A DNA stretch of 64,000 nt, taken from NCBI RefSeq assembly GCF_964204645.1, contig NC_134026.1, positions 7,959,950 through 8,023,949 of the forward strand, written 5' to 3'. The stretch is from Tubulanus polymorphus (taxonomy: Eukaryota; Animalia; Nemertea). A model generated the notes under the pieces. That model saw only the letters and a program-made list of their open reading frames with translations. It was not told the DNA's origin and searched no databases. This document shows, piece by piece, positions 27,501-39,300 of the stretch (position 1 is its first letter; each line of letters begins with the position of its first letter). Both the position numbers and the translations under genes were made by a program.

Positions 27501-30500
27501 CTAATATATCACTATCCAGTGATAAAACTAAACTGATATATCACTGGTGACAATATCGGACGGGTATACCACCATCAGTGATAGTATCAATCTGATATCG
27601 CTATCATTGATAATATCAACCTGGCATATGCTACTGTTGGTGATAATATCAAACTGGTAATATCTCTATTCATGATATTATCAAAATGCTATATCATTTC
27701 TGTGATTGTATCAAACCGGTATGTCACTACCATGATAATATCAAACTGATACATATGTCGCTTAACCGATACAAAGCACAGAATTAAAATTTTAGTCGGC
27801 CAATTAATATCTGCGGTATTACATAATCATGCAAAGCAAAGCATATATTTATATTAAGCCAATAAGCATTCTTACGGATTAAGCTTGGAGCTTGGAGTAG
27901 CATTGAACAGATAGGCGTTGAATTACATACATTGATAAGCTTCGAGTAGCATTTAATCACATAAGCATTACGCAGTTAATCCTCATTCAACGCCGGGTTT
28001 TAGGTAAAACCTACCTTCGCAAGTAGGAAAATTGTAGAAACCTAGCGCGCACTGATCGCAGTTAATACCGGCGTAGTTAGGTTTACATGGACACTGTCCG
28101 CCTCCAACTTCACAGACTCCTTCCTCGGTTCCGTTCAAATGACATTGACATGGCACGCATACCGGATAACCATAGTAACCAGGAGCACAACTAAAAATAA
28201 AGTTCAAAGAGGGAATTAACGTTCGATTAGAAAATATATGTACAAATGTTTGATTAGAAAATAAATGATCAATTGAAAATAAAGGTTCAATTAGAAAATA
28301 AATGTTCGATTAGAAAATAAAGGTTCTATTAGAAAATAAATGTTCGATTAGAAAATAAAGGTTCTATCTGAAAATAAAGCTTCACTTAGAAAATTAAGGT
28401 TCAATTAGAATATGTTCCATTAGAAGAATAGAAAGTAAAGGCTCCATTACAGAATAAAGGTTGTTATATAGAATTAAGGTTCAAATAGAGCTGTTGTCGT
28501 ATTTACCTGTCACAGTTTCTTCCTGCATATTCTTTCTTACATTTACAATGACCAGTTCCATCTTCACATTCACCAGTAGAAAACATGTTATCACATTGAC
28601 AAGCTGTAATTGAATGATAAGAAAATATATTTATCACATTATAAATCAATTAGAAAACCCGTTATCACATAAGGAATCAATTAGAGAAAACATGTTATCA
28701 TATTAGAAATCAATTAGAAAACATGCTATCATCAGAAATAAATTAGAGAAAACATGGCTGACTAATATTGTAATGAAGCTCTGAAAATCCCCATTATAGT
28801 TACCGGTACCAACTTTTAAGAAAATCGCACGTAATTTGTGGTGCAAGTTTCGAATAGTCTGTTTCGAAGCTCTGATCGATCGAAGACTGCGTGGGGGAAC
28901 ATCATCCACCCACGGCAGGAATTCGAACCTGATCGCTACACTCAGCCATGGCACGAACCCCTGCCACAGTAGGCAGACCAGGTCCGCAGGTACATGCACA
29001 GCTTCGCTGCACAAAAACTTGCGGCACCAATCATATTGCTCGTTGTATAATCGCGGAGGTAAATTTCAGGGAAGAACTATAAATGGTAAAACCCGGGCTA
29101 AAATAAAACGGGATATCTGATTGGCCGATAATGACATAAGCTGCGCGTATAGCGCGCACTCGGTCTAGTGTTGCAGGGTTTCGTACCGTGGCAATCTCGA
29201 TGCCATCGGGTTCGAATCCCTGCCGGGGGAGGATGGGGAACATAGGTATTCATTAAGTCACGCAAGTAATCTGGAGCTTGCTGCGTGTAGGGCTAAGTAT
29301 CTTGTTTAAGGTCTTCTTTAAGGTTTATACGCTAACAGTAAAGTATTTATTTCAATTCTAGTGGACTATGGTAAGCGGAGGAGATGATGAAGAACAGTAG
29401 AAATATGATCAAATCGAGGAGCACGGGTAATAACCAAACACGCGCGCACGAGTTCTGGTGAAATTGAAGCTTTTCAATTAGTTCCTCAGTTATTTCTTAC
29501 AATTTGACTCTCAGATCCCGTAATTGAATCTATTTACCTTCGCACGCATATGTTGAGTTAACTGCAACACCATTTCTTCTGTAATACTTTGGTTTACATT
29601 TCTCACAGTTGATACCTGCCGTGTTGTGCTACAAAACGCAAACCTACACTTATAACTCTTAAATCTCAACAGTTTCTCGATCCAGTTTCATCGTTTAAAT
29701 CGGTTCATTTTTAGACACAACTGTAGAACTGGATCCTGATTTTTAAAAGAACACAGACCTAGAAAAAAACTTATCACCGTGATGGGAATATGGTTTTTTG
29801 TACCAGTATATCTTTTAGAGAAGGCAGTCGGTACAGAACTCACAGAACTCACAGAACTCAAGTGTTTTTCTTATCTCGTGAATATCAGTGAAGTTATTTA
29901 GGTTGAACTATAGAAGAATTTCCTGTGCTGGTTATTTTTAACGCAGACCAGACTCCAGTCTGTTTCTAGTGTAAACAACATCTGGAGAGTAGGAGATTAC
30001 AGAGAAAACTTTTCCCTCTACCACAGCCTGTATGCACACAAGTGTACACATCCAAGGGAGAGTTCTCACTGCATCATCCTGATCCTAGCATCATCCATTA
30101 CATATAAAAAGCTGGTAGCAAGAAAGCATTTAAATTTGCTGCCCCATGTCTCTGGAATGCTTTACCCATCTACTTAGTCCAACAGGACAATCTTTTAAAT
30201 CAAATATGAAAACTTATCTTTTTACAGCACATTTCAAACTAATTTCTTTCTAACTTGTATCTTTTTTACTCCTATCGTTTTGTATTATGCTATATCTATA
30301 TATGCTATATCTATCACTTGTATGGTCAGCGCATAGATTATATTACCAGTTATGCGCTACATCGCTACATAAGAAATAAATTATTACTATTATCATTATC
30401 ATCCTTAAAACACATTTCACACTTAATGTCCATATGTTCAAAACTTTCATAGCTCATCAAATACTGTTAAATAAACTATGCTCCTATAATTTCTATACAT

Positions 30501-33500
30501 CCTCAGTGAAACTACAATCAGCAAGTTTTTATCAAGGTTATTGTGATTCCCGATGAAATATCAAGATATCTCAAGTATGGTGGAATATCAGATAAAACAG
30601 TGAAATACAAGATATCTAATATCTGATATGTTAAGTGAAATATATCAGATATTGCCAAGCTCAGATAGACACGAGTTTATTGATATATTTACCTGACAGT
30701 TCTGACAGACTCCTCCACCTTCATAGTTACCGTGAATATCGAGACTGAGCTTTTTAGCGGCGACATCTTCGTCATAGATACACTGATCGGAGTGACCATG
30801 ACAGTTACACGCTACAATCAAATATAATACCCGTGTCAGACCCACATCCCTATACAGTTTTCTGTAATTTGTAGGCTACAGTGAACCCCCCTTGATATGC
30901 AGCCTCGATATACCCCCTCACTCCCTATACGGCCAAAATCGTTCTGCACCAATGTGGGCAGTACATCCGGGGTTGACTGTATTTTATGTTGCTATCATTA
31001 TTTTCTAAGCTAGCATGACACTAAGCCCCGATTCCCTGTAATATCAACATCCAGCTCCTTTCAGTACAACCCCCTTACACACTATCCCCTTACACACTAT
31101 CCCATTTTACACCCATTGTACTCTCTATGTACCGTATGATATAGAGATCGACACTAATTTTGTTTTCAAAATGACAACAAAAATCCAGAAAACCCCCTTT
31201 GAATTTCACCCTTCATTTCCTATCACCTTCCTTTAACGCAGGGATGGATCTAGGTTTCTGAGTACTGCTCAGCCGTGGAAGAGCACCTATATCAAAGAAA
31301 TTTTCTAGGGCTCTGAGATGCAATCTGCACATATTTGAGGCATCAAATCTATACTATTATGCATCGACAAAATATATATGGCATTTTGACCGGTTTAAAT
31401 AAAATATTATCGATAAGAATACTATTTTCTATTAGTACGATAACCACACTCAAATGTGGTGAACGGATAATAAGATGAAAACTCACTATGTACAATTAAA
31501 AGTATTTAAAATCGAGAATTCATTTCTGAAATGTAAAAACACGACGTTTCGATCTCAAACTAGTGGTCATCATCAGGTACAAAAATCCACCCTAGTGTGT
31601 TGAATAACGGGAATACCACTATAGCGCGTCTACACCACGGTGCAGTGTATCGTTAGTTACTAGTATTTCACTATGTTTGACAGGTGCTTTTCCATTTTTC
31701 AAGAGAGATAATTACTAATTACAAATTACATCAATACACCGCAATGCGGTGTACTAGCAAAATCTATCACTGATTTATACACCACAATGCGGTGTAGACG
31801 CACTGAAAGGGTTAATGAGCTTCACTGCCGGCATATTATTGAGCAATAACTTTTTAGGAATATAATCAAATTCATTGGCTGGATCCGCCCCTGATACCGA
31901 TCTAATCCTTACGTTCGCACTCGTGTATATCATCCTCGGTTGCTTTCATCCATTTTTTCTGCACGAATCCCTCGCAGCAGCGTTCACACTGAGCTCCGCA
32001 CGTGTGATGTTGACATCGACACAATAGTTTATACTCTTCGTTCGGGTCTTTCTCGTCACAGAATTCCGCGTGTCCGTTACAAACGCAACGACCTCCGATA
32101 TTTATATCCTTTATACTGTAGAAATACTGCAAAATAAACCCACGACATGAGAAGCAGATTTTGAGCGCTTATCGATTATAATGGCGGGTATAATTTTGTG
32201 ATACCGTTTTTAACAGGAGAAATTCTACCAGAATTTACCACAAATGCCTTCGTTATATAGAAGTGCTCATTAGATTACCAGGGCACGAATTCAAGTTGTG
32301 GTTGAAGTAAAAATCCCCCTTGGTAAAAATTCCCTGAATTTCATTTCAAAAAAACTTAACAGTTTCCAAAAATTTCAAATTTTCCTTGGTATTTTTCACA
32401 ATGTTCAACTGGGATAATCTGTTTGTGACTTTTAACAAGCTACACGCATATAAAAATGACAATATTCACTTTAGCCCTTTCAGTGCTGACTAATTAATAC
32501 CCTATAGTGCTGGAGATATTTTGAAAATTTTGAAAAATTCCACCCTAGTGTGTTGAATAATGGGAATACCACTGTAGTGCGTCTACATCGCAGCGCGGTG
32601 TATCGTTAGTTACTAGTATTTCACTATGTTTGACAGGTGCTGCCATTATTCAAGAGAGATAATTACTTGTTACTAATTACATCAATACACCACAGCGCGA
32701 TGTACTAGTAAAATCCATCACCGATTTATACACCGCCCTGCGGTGTAGACACACTGAAAGGGTTAAGCATTAGCAATTTATGCATTATCATTATCGTAGT
32801 TCTGAAGATTTCTATGAAGAAATATAGTTCAAAAGTAATAGCAAAATATTTATGTACCTTAATATCTGTTTTCGTTGAGGTTTTATACTTAAGTTTGACA
32901 GAAAATTGAACTAGAGGGATTTTTACTGTGTAGGATTTTTATATTACCAACAAACATCTTATCTACCTTGGCCTGGCCCTATTGGCCATGTTATTGTAAG
33001 ACAGCACCCATTGTAGAGGTCCCAAGTAATCGACTAACATATATAGGAGTTTATTTAATAAATTGTTTGAATCTGGACTAACTGAACTGGTGTTCAGAGG
33101 GTCCAGTGATTTTTCATAGATCAAACATTCTTCTAATTCTTATCAGCTTATACTACTAGTGTAAACTGATAAGAATAGGAAGTTCTAATTCTTATCAGTT
33201 TATACTAATAGAGTAAATCAATACGGATTAGAAGAAAAGTTTAAAATTTCTTAATGATAATTATCAAATAATCAAGTGGAATATGGGACAAAACCAGATC
33301 TCCTTTCAATAGATGGCGCTGATCCGCTGATCCGCTGATCTGCACTTTAACCCTTTGAATTTCAATTCATACTTTGCTAAAATGTATCCAGCAATGTTTG
33401 ACCCAAAAATAGAGTTTGATGTGTGTAGACTAGTCTGTTAGTTTGTAAGCTATAACCTTTCAGATAACATTGTGACATGTTGAATGATGACCTCTGATAA

Positions 33501-35290
33501 AATAACAGGTCAAGAGGCTATCAGGGTCAAGAGGCTATCAGCCAGGGAGATACTGTGTTTTTAAACACTATAAACCTCTAAATGACATAATAAATCGATA
33601 ACTTACCCGCCTGGTAACACTAGGCGCCTGTCGAGCTACAGCCATTAAATGTCCCAGTAAAGTTTTAGTTCTCAAAAGTCGAAGTCGAACATTCGTAGCT
33701 TTAGTGAATTCTTGTAAGTCGTGAGCATATGAGAAATTATTTGCACTTTTACGCCCGTTAACCAAAGAGACCACAATCTGAGAGAAACAATTAGATTAAT
33801 TCAATACCTTGAAATTATTTTTACATGTTTTGATCGAAAAACAATAGTGAACTTTCTGCCTACCTCGCCACCTTCCAATGGAACGACTTTCGAGAAATCT
33901 GTTGTGCAAATAACGCTATTGTCATCTTCAATCTCGTAAAGGGTCGTATTAAAATAGTTGAGACAATCGTGTTTCGAGGTAGCGAAATACTGCCAGGCGT
34001 TCCAGGTTAGACCGTAATCAGTGGATCTCTCTAAAGCCCAGATACCCGGTCGAGGAGAGTTAGCCATACGTATGAATACATAGGCCACGTGGAATTCCTA
34101 AATACAAAACATTTATATCGATTCAAAACACAATTTTTTATTGATTTTATAACATCCCCTTAGAATTAGGTCAACCATCTATAGAACTTCTGAGAGTGTG
34201 GCCTAGATGCATACAACGTAATTCTTTTTTCAACAAGCAGCCAACTCACTTAAAAATCATTCCCAAGCATAATTGATTAACAAAGGCCTAATCAACAAGG
34301 TGTCTGGGATAATTAACATGTCAACTATTAATAAGTGAGGTAATTAATTGTTATTCTAAGAGGAGGCAATTTAATCAATAAGCCGAATAGGCAGCCCCAC
34401 TTCATTAGAGCAGGAAATTCCAATGAGGCAAAAATGTCAGATGAGAAACAAAGGAATCGTTTCTAGAGGTGCGGAATTAGAAGTTTAGTTAGCACTGAGT
34501 GTAGATACAGGACTCCACCAGAAAATCCTACCATCACTGACAAAAAGTATATCACAAGAAATGACTTATTATCACTAGTAGAAGTGATTTAAAATCTATT
34601 GTTGTTATGAATGTTCCTACTACATGTCCTATGGATGACGAAAACATCCCTTTCAAAGATCTTTGTTTAATTAAGTACTAGGCCTAATTCTAAAACGTTT
34701 AGATTCCATGGTTAGATGCTTTATAATGGTTAATATCTTATTCTTCCAGGCAAAATACCTTAATATTTAATCATTAATCATTAGAATAATCGAGTTGATA
34801 AGCCTAATTCAATACCATGTATAACGAAATAAAACAAATGATATTCAAAATTTACCTGTCCCAAGTCGATGGTTAAGTTAATGGCATTATATTCCATACC
34901 CCTGGATAAGGGGGGACTTTGCCACCATCTTTCAGATCCATCCACCGCATAGTCGGCAGGATGCGCGTGGTTCTGGTCGTTAGCGTCGCAATAATCACAA
35001 TACTGTCCTTTGATTAAAATTGGATCTTTAATTTGTAAATTCGCTGAACTGCTTCCAATATTGGCGTCGGGATTCTCTTCCCCTGCGTAATTAGTACCGG
35101 TCAGTTTACAATACCATTCTCTATCTGAAACTCCCTGACCACAAGTATCCGACGCGTAAATATGTTTTCCCTCCGCTAAATTAAAATATGGCGGGTTTAA
35201 AACTTGCGATTTAACAGTAGTGGCGAATAGTATAAAACAGCAGAGCGTCACTGCTGCGATGCCCGACGAGGCCTCCTCCCTCGATGCCAT
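185..35290 (-). CDS. LanA: Laminin alpha chain (LAMA3/5, LanA type), multi-exon; 3' end lies beyond the window start
   Basis: ATG at 35290 then signal peptide and LN domain ([44 protein letters not shown]). Then LE repeats, LF/L4 domains, coiled coil and five LG domains in the expected order, separated by GT-AG introns. Confidence 0.97.
615..1248. mobile_element. Putative hAT-like MITE
   Basis: Ends CAGTGGCGGA...TCTGCCACTG are inverted; no clean target-site duplication seen. Confidence 0.45.
3525..3810. repeat. AT-rich minisatellite (ATATGTAAATGATATATCAG-like)
   Basis: Direct tandem degenerate copies. Confidence 0.85.
4644..4915 (+). mobile_element. piggyBac-like MITE copy 1
   Basis: TTAA-CCATTTCAGTGC...GCACTGAAAGGG-TAAA; internal sequence shared with five other copies. 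Confidence 0.85.
7653..7730 (-). repeat. (AAT)n microsatellite, probable 3' tail of an L2-like retroelement
   Basis: Pure AAT run adjacent to a GCGCTATA-like end motif on the minus strand. Confidence 0.7.
8327..12473 (-). CDS. Laminin alpha coiled-coil (domain I/II) exons
   Basis: Heptad-rich exons such as [53 protein letters not shown]. Confidence 0.85.
10375..10663 (+). mobile_element. piggyBac-like MITE copy 2
   Basis: TTAA-CCCTTTCAGTGC...GCACTGAAAGGG-TTTA. Confidence 0.88.
11495..11700. repeat. ~21-bp minisatellite (GGAGGAATCTGTATTCTTTAA)
   Basis: Direct tandem copies. Confidence 0.9.
12474..18507 (-). CDS. Laminin alpha LE repeats and laminin IV (L4) domain exons
   Basis: [22 protein letters not shown]; [22 protein letters not shown]; [17 protein letters not shown]; [16 protein letters not shown]; [13 protein letters not shown]. 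Confidence 0.9.
13028..13217. repeat. Two diverged direct copies of a unit starting GGTCCGCACTTA
   Basis: GGTCCGCACTTA...GGACGACC.ACCTACTGCCTCCCTCCC occurs at ~13028 and ~13152. Confidence 0.75.
15790..16072. repeat. GC-rich minisatellite (GTGCCCTCTCCAGTGTGGGAGTAT-like)
   Basis: Tandem degenerate copies; accounts for the repetitive ORFs here. Confidence 0.88.
16224..16511 (+). mobile_element. piggyBac-like MITE copy 3 (intact, TTAA TSD)
   Basis: TTAA|CCCTTTCAGTGC...GCACTGAAAGGG|TTAA. Confidence 0.92.
17213..17326. mobile_element. Short palindromic MITE-like element
   Basis: GGGCCC...GGGGTTAACTCAATT / AATTGAGTTAACCCC...GGGCCC hairpin; similar short palindromes at ~2900-2988, 13653-13815 and 26607-26850. 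Confidence 0.6.
18518..18738. repeat. 55-bp tandem repeat x4
   Basis: TATTTATCC..ATAGTTATC recurs at 18518, 18573, 18628, 18683. Confidence 0.9.
18867..23577 (-). CDS. Laminin alpha LF/L4-type globular insert exons (LAMA3/5-specific)
   Basis: [58 protein letters not shown]-like segments between LE blocks. Confidence 0.8.
21453..21900 (-). mobile_element. 3' fragment of an L2-type LINE with (AAT)n tail
   Basis: Minus strand encodes [20 protein letters not shown]...[10 protein letters not shown] (typical L2 ORF2 C-terminus), then GGCGCTTACAATA and a long AAT run (21453-21600). Confidence 0.82.
22387..22669 (-). mobile_element. piggyBac-like MITE copy 4 (TTAA TSD)
   Basis: TTAA|CCCTTTCAGTGC...GCACTGAAAGGG|TTAA, opposite orientation to copy 3. 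Confidence 0.92.
23937..30811 (-). CDS. Laminin alpha LE (laminin EGF-like) repeat exons, first block
   Basis: Many short exons with the CxC...GQCxCKxNYxGxxCDxCxxGFYxFPxC pattern (e.g. ORFs 27983-28207, 26880-27122, 25566-25988, 24896-25093). Confidence 0.9.
24325..24758. repeat. 40-bp tandem repeat x11
   Basis: TCTCACTGAT recurs every 40 bp from 24341 to 24741. Confidence 0.95.
27380..27752. repeat. Degenerate GATATCAC/GATAATATC minisatellite
   Basis: Repeated short palindromic units. Confidence 0.7.
28220..28490. repeat. ~20-bp minisatellite (GTTCGATTAGAAAATAAA)
   Basis: Tandem copies. Confidence 0.85.
28900..29236. other. Head-to-head pair of tRNA-like (Pol III box B) sequences
   Basis: GGTTCGAAT(T/C)CCTGCCG on the minus strand (~28908-28925) and plus strand (~29209-29226), with shared upstream motif GCAGGG.TTCGT.CC.TGGC. 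Confidence 0.55.
30040..30402 (+). mobile_element. 3' fragment of an L2-type LINE
   Basis: [15 protein letters not shown]...KTYLF, then GCGCTACAT...AATAAATTATTACTATTATC tail. Confidence 0.75.
31239..31893. mobile_element. Nested stack: hAT-like MITE containing a Penelope-like fragment and a truncated piggyBac-like MITE (31581-31811)
   Basis: Outer ends CAGGGATGGATCTAG / CTGGATCCGCCCCTG; 31435-31580 matches 20821-20975; 31581-31815 matches the TTAA MITE family. Confidence 0.65.
31913..34097 (-). CDS. Laminin alpha LN-domain and first LE exons (about 33864-34097, 33607-33777, 31913-32117)
   Basis: [25 protein letters not shown]; [11 protein letters not shown]; [20 protein letters not shown]; canonical splice sites. 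Confidence 0.9.
32475..32762 (-). mobile_element. piggyBac-like MITE copy 6
   Basis: TTAG|CCCTTTCAGTGC...CACTGAAAGGG|TTAA. Confidence 0.9.
34856..35290 (-). CDS. Laminin alpha first coding exon (signal peptide + start of LN domain)
   Basis: [38 protein letters not shown]...IDLGQ, followed by donor gtaaat at 34855. Confidence 0.93.
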
Positions 35291-36378
35291 CTTCACAACT
35301 ACTGATTGCTGTTGATTACAGCCGCACGTGTAATACTAGCTGCTTGCCCGATGTCTTAGCTTAGTTCATATCCACCAATCAAATCTCTTCAATTGGCTAC
35401 GGATTCTGGTTACGGACACATAACCAGTGGCGCCACCAATTTCTGGCGCGAAAACACGAGAAACGTGTTTACGAGTTTTACCATGGATAAAGTAGGTCGT
35501 GAAGACGAGTGACGAATTGACGAGTGAAGAAATTCGTAATTTTGCATTTCTCAGTGCACCACAGGGTCCCCAGGGACCTTTTAGGATGTAAAATACGTGA
35601 CCGGGCGCGGGCCCGGTGTCGATATGGCTAGCAATAACAAGAGTTACAGCAAAATCTGTTTACCCTTGTAATTAAAACATGGAAACAATGCCACCGGTAA
35701 AAATGCCACCTGTGAAAATGACAGTAGGATAAAATGCGACCAAATTCTAAAGCTTGGAATGAACAATGATGGATAATAAAAACACAACAGTTTATTTTGA
35801 GACTTTCTATCCAGATTATATACATACATGTATAAAGGCATTCGAAATTAAGATAAAAAACCACTGCATACAAATTAAAAGTTTGAAATCGACAATTAAC
35901 CAATTACGACGTAGAATAGAGTGAACGGTTAGTGAACGGTCATGACGACGGGTTGCTTGCTCCTTGGAAGACCATGAGCTGGGAGAATCTGAATCTTAGG
36001 AATGCCGGTTCTTTTCTACAAAAGGGTCCAGAGTCTTAAGAGTGCAAAGTTCTAGTATTCGAGTCGTAATTTGAAATCTCGAGAGGACGGTTACCAACAT
36101 GTGTGTAGGCTAAAAATTGTGTATTAACATGTTTTAACCGGTAAAGTAAGATTGATTGTGTAGGCCTATTAACGAATTTGGCCCACTGAAAGTCTGGTAT
36201 TTAAAAAATAGTGATCTTATCAAGGTAAATTGAATATATTTCATCAATCATTATTCAGTCTCAGCATTTCAGTCTCAAAAGTTCGTCAATTGCGTAAATT
36301 TGTTCGTCAATTCCTCAATGCAGCTTGACGATGAAATTGACGAAATCGACTAAATCTTATTTTAGCACTTTTTGGCAC

Positions 36379-39300
36379 TACAGGGTCCCCATGGTGCCTT
36401 TTCTAGGATATAAAATATGGGATTTAAGCAGATGACCGGGCGCGTTCCTGAATGCGCTTGGATTACCCGAACAATCCAAGAAACGATCGCGCAGCGAGAC
36501 ATCATCGACTGATATCAGCCCCAGTAATCTACAAACAGCCAAAAAAGATAGAATTTTGGCGTGTATGGATTCGCCTGTTACAACCGTGTAATTTATGTCC
36601 ATTACAAATAACTGTCAATATTATGATGAGAGTTCATTTATTCGCCATGAAAACAAATTTTCGTTATGTGCTTTTAACATACGAAGTTGTAGCAAAAATT
36701 TCGATAATTTCGACGCCTATATAAATAATTGTATTAAGACTAACTTTTCAGTCATTGGTCCCACTAAAACGTGGACCAGGGACAATGCTGATAATAACAG
36801 ATTATATAATCTATCTGGATACAATAATATATTCAAGAACCGCGATCGCGCAAATGTCGGTCGGGATCACGGTGGCGGAGTAGCTATTTAATATAAAAGT
36901 ACGCTGAAAGCCAAAGTTAGAACCGATCTTTCGGGAAATACATCTATATTTGAATCGCTTTTTATTGAAATTGACTTTGGAAAACAGAAAAACAAAATTA
37001 TCGGTATAGTCTATAGACCCCCAGACCTTAGTGTAAATGATTTTACTAATGAATTTAAATTACTTTTAGATAAAATCAACAATGAAAACAAAATAGTCTA
37101 TATTATGGGAGATTTCAATATCGATTTACTTAAACTTGGTACCCATAAGCAAACTGAAACTTTCTTCGACAGTATTACGACCTATTCATTATTCCCATTG
37201 ATAAATAAACCCACAAGAATAAATAACATTTCAGCTACTTTCATTGATAATATTTTTTGTAATGATTTAGATAGTGTATTTACTAGTGGCATTCTCTGTA
37301 CAGATATTTCTGACCATTTCCCGGTTTTTACTGAGAGTGATCAGTATGTAACTACGAAAAGCAATTTAGCAGCAAAATTCCGGAATTTTAACTGCGGTAA
37401 TAAGGCTTGCGTCTAGCTTGCGACTGGTCAGCAATTTATAACAACTATGATCCTCAATTTGCTTATAATTCATTTATGTCTAAACTTTCAGCGTTGTATA
37501 ACGAATGTTTCCCTTATTTCACTTGTAAATCTACTAGTAAAAATAATCTTAAGCCTTGGCTTACAAGTGGTTTGTTAAAATCAATCAAACGTAAGAACTG
37601 TGTGTACAAGAAATCTTTTTCAAGTCCCTATAATACAGAAAAAAAAGAGCGATACCTGTCCTATAAACGCATTCTGACAAGATTACTTAGGCAGGCGGAA
37701 AAGCAATACTACGATCATAAATTTTTATTAGCAAAAAACGATATGAAAAAACATGGAATACTATTAATAATGTAATTGGGAAAAAATCATGTAGAGATAA
37801 ATTACCTGATGTTTTTCTTTTAAATGATACCAAAATATCTGGAAAACAAAATATAGCTGATGAATTCAACTCCTTTTTTGTAAACATTGGTCAGAAACTA
37901 GCAAGTTCAATACCAAATTCAAAAACTCACTTCAGTGTTTATTTAGAGGATCCTGCTCGTGAAAATTTTTTCTTCTTTCCGACAGATCCTAATGAAATAT
38001 GTGAAATAGTCAAATCATTTTCTTGTAAAAAAGGTATCGGTGTTGACGGTATCTCTATAAAGGTAAAAAAAAGACGTAATTGATATTATAAAAACTCCGT
38101 TGGCTCACATTTTTAACTGCAGTCTCCAAACTGGAATCATTCCTGAGGAACTATAAACAGCTCGAGTGTGCCCCATTTTTAAGACAGGTAACACGGCGTC
38201 GTTCGATAATTATCGACCAATCTCGGTATTACCATGCTTTTCAAAAATTCTTGAAAAATTAGTTTTTAATCGCCTGGTTTCATTTTGTGATAAATTCTCA
38301 CTCATAAATCAAAATCAATTTGGATTTAGAAGAAAGCACTCAACAACTTTAGCTTTAGTAAAGATTACTGACGAAATTACAGCTAATATGGATGTTAACC
38401 GTCCAACTATTGGTATATTTTTAGATTTGTCGAAGATTTGTCGAAGGCATTTGATACGGTTAATCACGATATTCTTTTAGAAAAATTATGTCATTACGGA
38501 ATCAAAGGTGTCCCACTAAATTGGTTCAGGAATTATTTAAGTAACAGGACCCAAATTGTTCAATTAGATCATATAAATTCAAAACCTCTGCGTACACATT
38601 CTGGAGTCCCTCAAGGATCAATATTAGGACAACTTTTATTTCTATTATACATTAATGACTGCACTAAAGCCTCCAACATTTTGAAATTCATCTTGTTCGC
38701 AGATGATACGAACTGTTTCCTTAGTGATTGGAACATCAAAGAATTATGTAAAACTTTTAACTCAAAACTATCAAAACTGGTTGATTGGTTTCGTGCCAAT
38801 AAATTGTCACTGAATGTAAAAAAAAACCTTTTTGTTGTATTTGGTCAATTATGCCAATATTAGATTATACATCGATGGTAAAAGAATCAATCAGGTCCAT
38901 GTTACAAATTTTTTGGGAGTTTTAATTGATGACAAGTTAACTTGGAAGTACCATATTAAATCGGTTAGTAAAAAAGTTGCCTGTAGTATAGGCATTTTAA
39001 ATAGAATAAAAAATAAACTACCGTCTAAATCCTTAGTGACTTTTTACTTTTCTATGATTGACTCCTATCTCCAATATTGCAATATGATTTGGGGTACAAA
39101 TTCTGGAACTATTTTGAACCCACTTGTACTATTACAGAAGGGAGCTGTAAGATTAATTTCTCATTCAAATTATCTAGCACATACAGATCTCATATTCAAA
39201 CGTTTAAAAATCTTGAAACTCCGTGATATTAATGACTTACAACTAGCTGTTTTCGTTTATAAATTTGCCAATTCCTTACTGCCTGCATCTTTCAACGATT

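Noticed and set aside
29140-29236. Resemblance to tRNA-Sec or a true tRNA gene
   Set aside because: No TCA anticodon in a proper loop and no convincing acceptor stem; kept only as tRNA-like.
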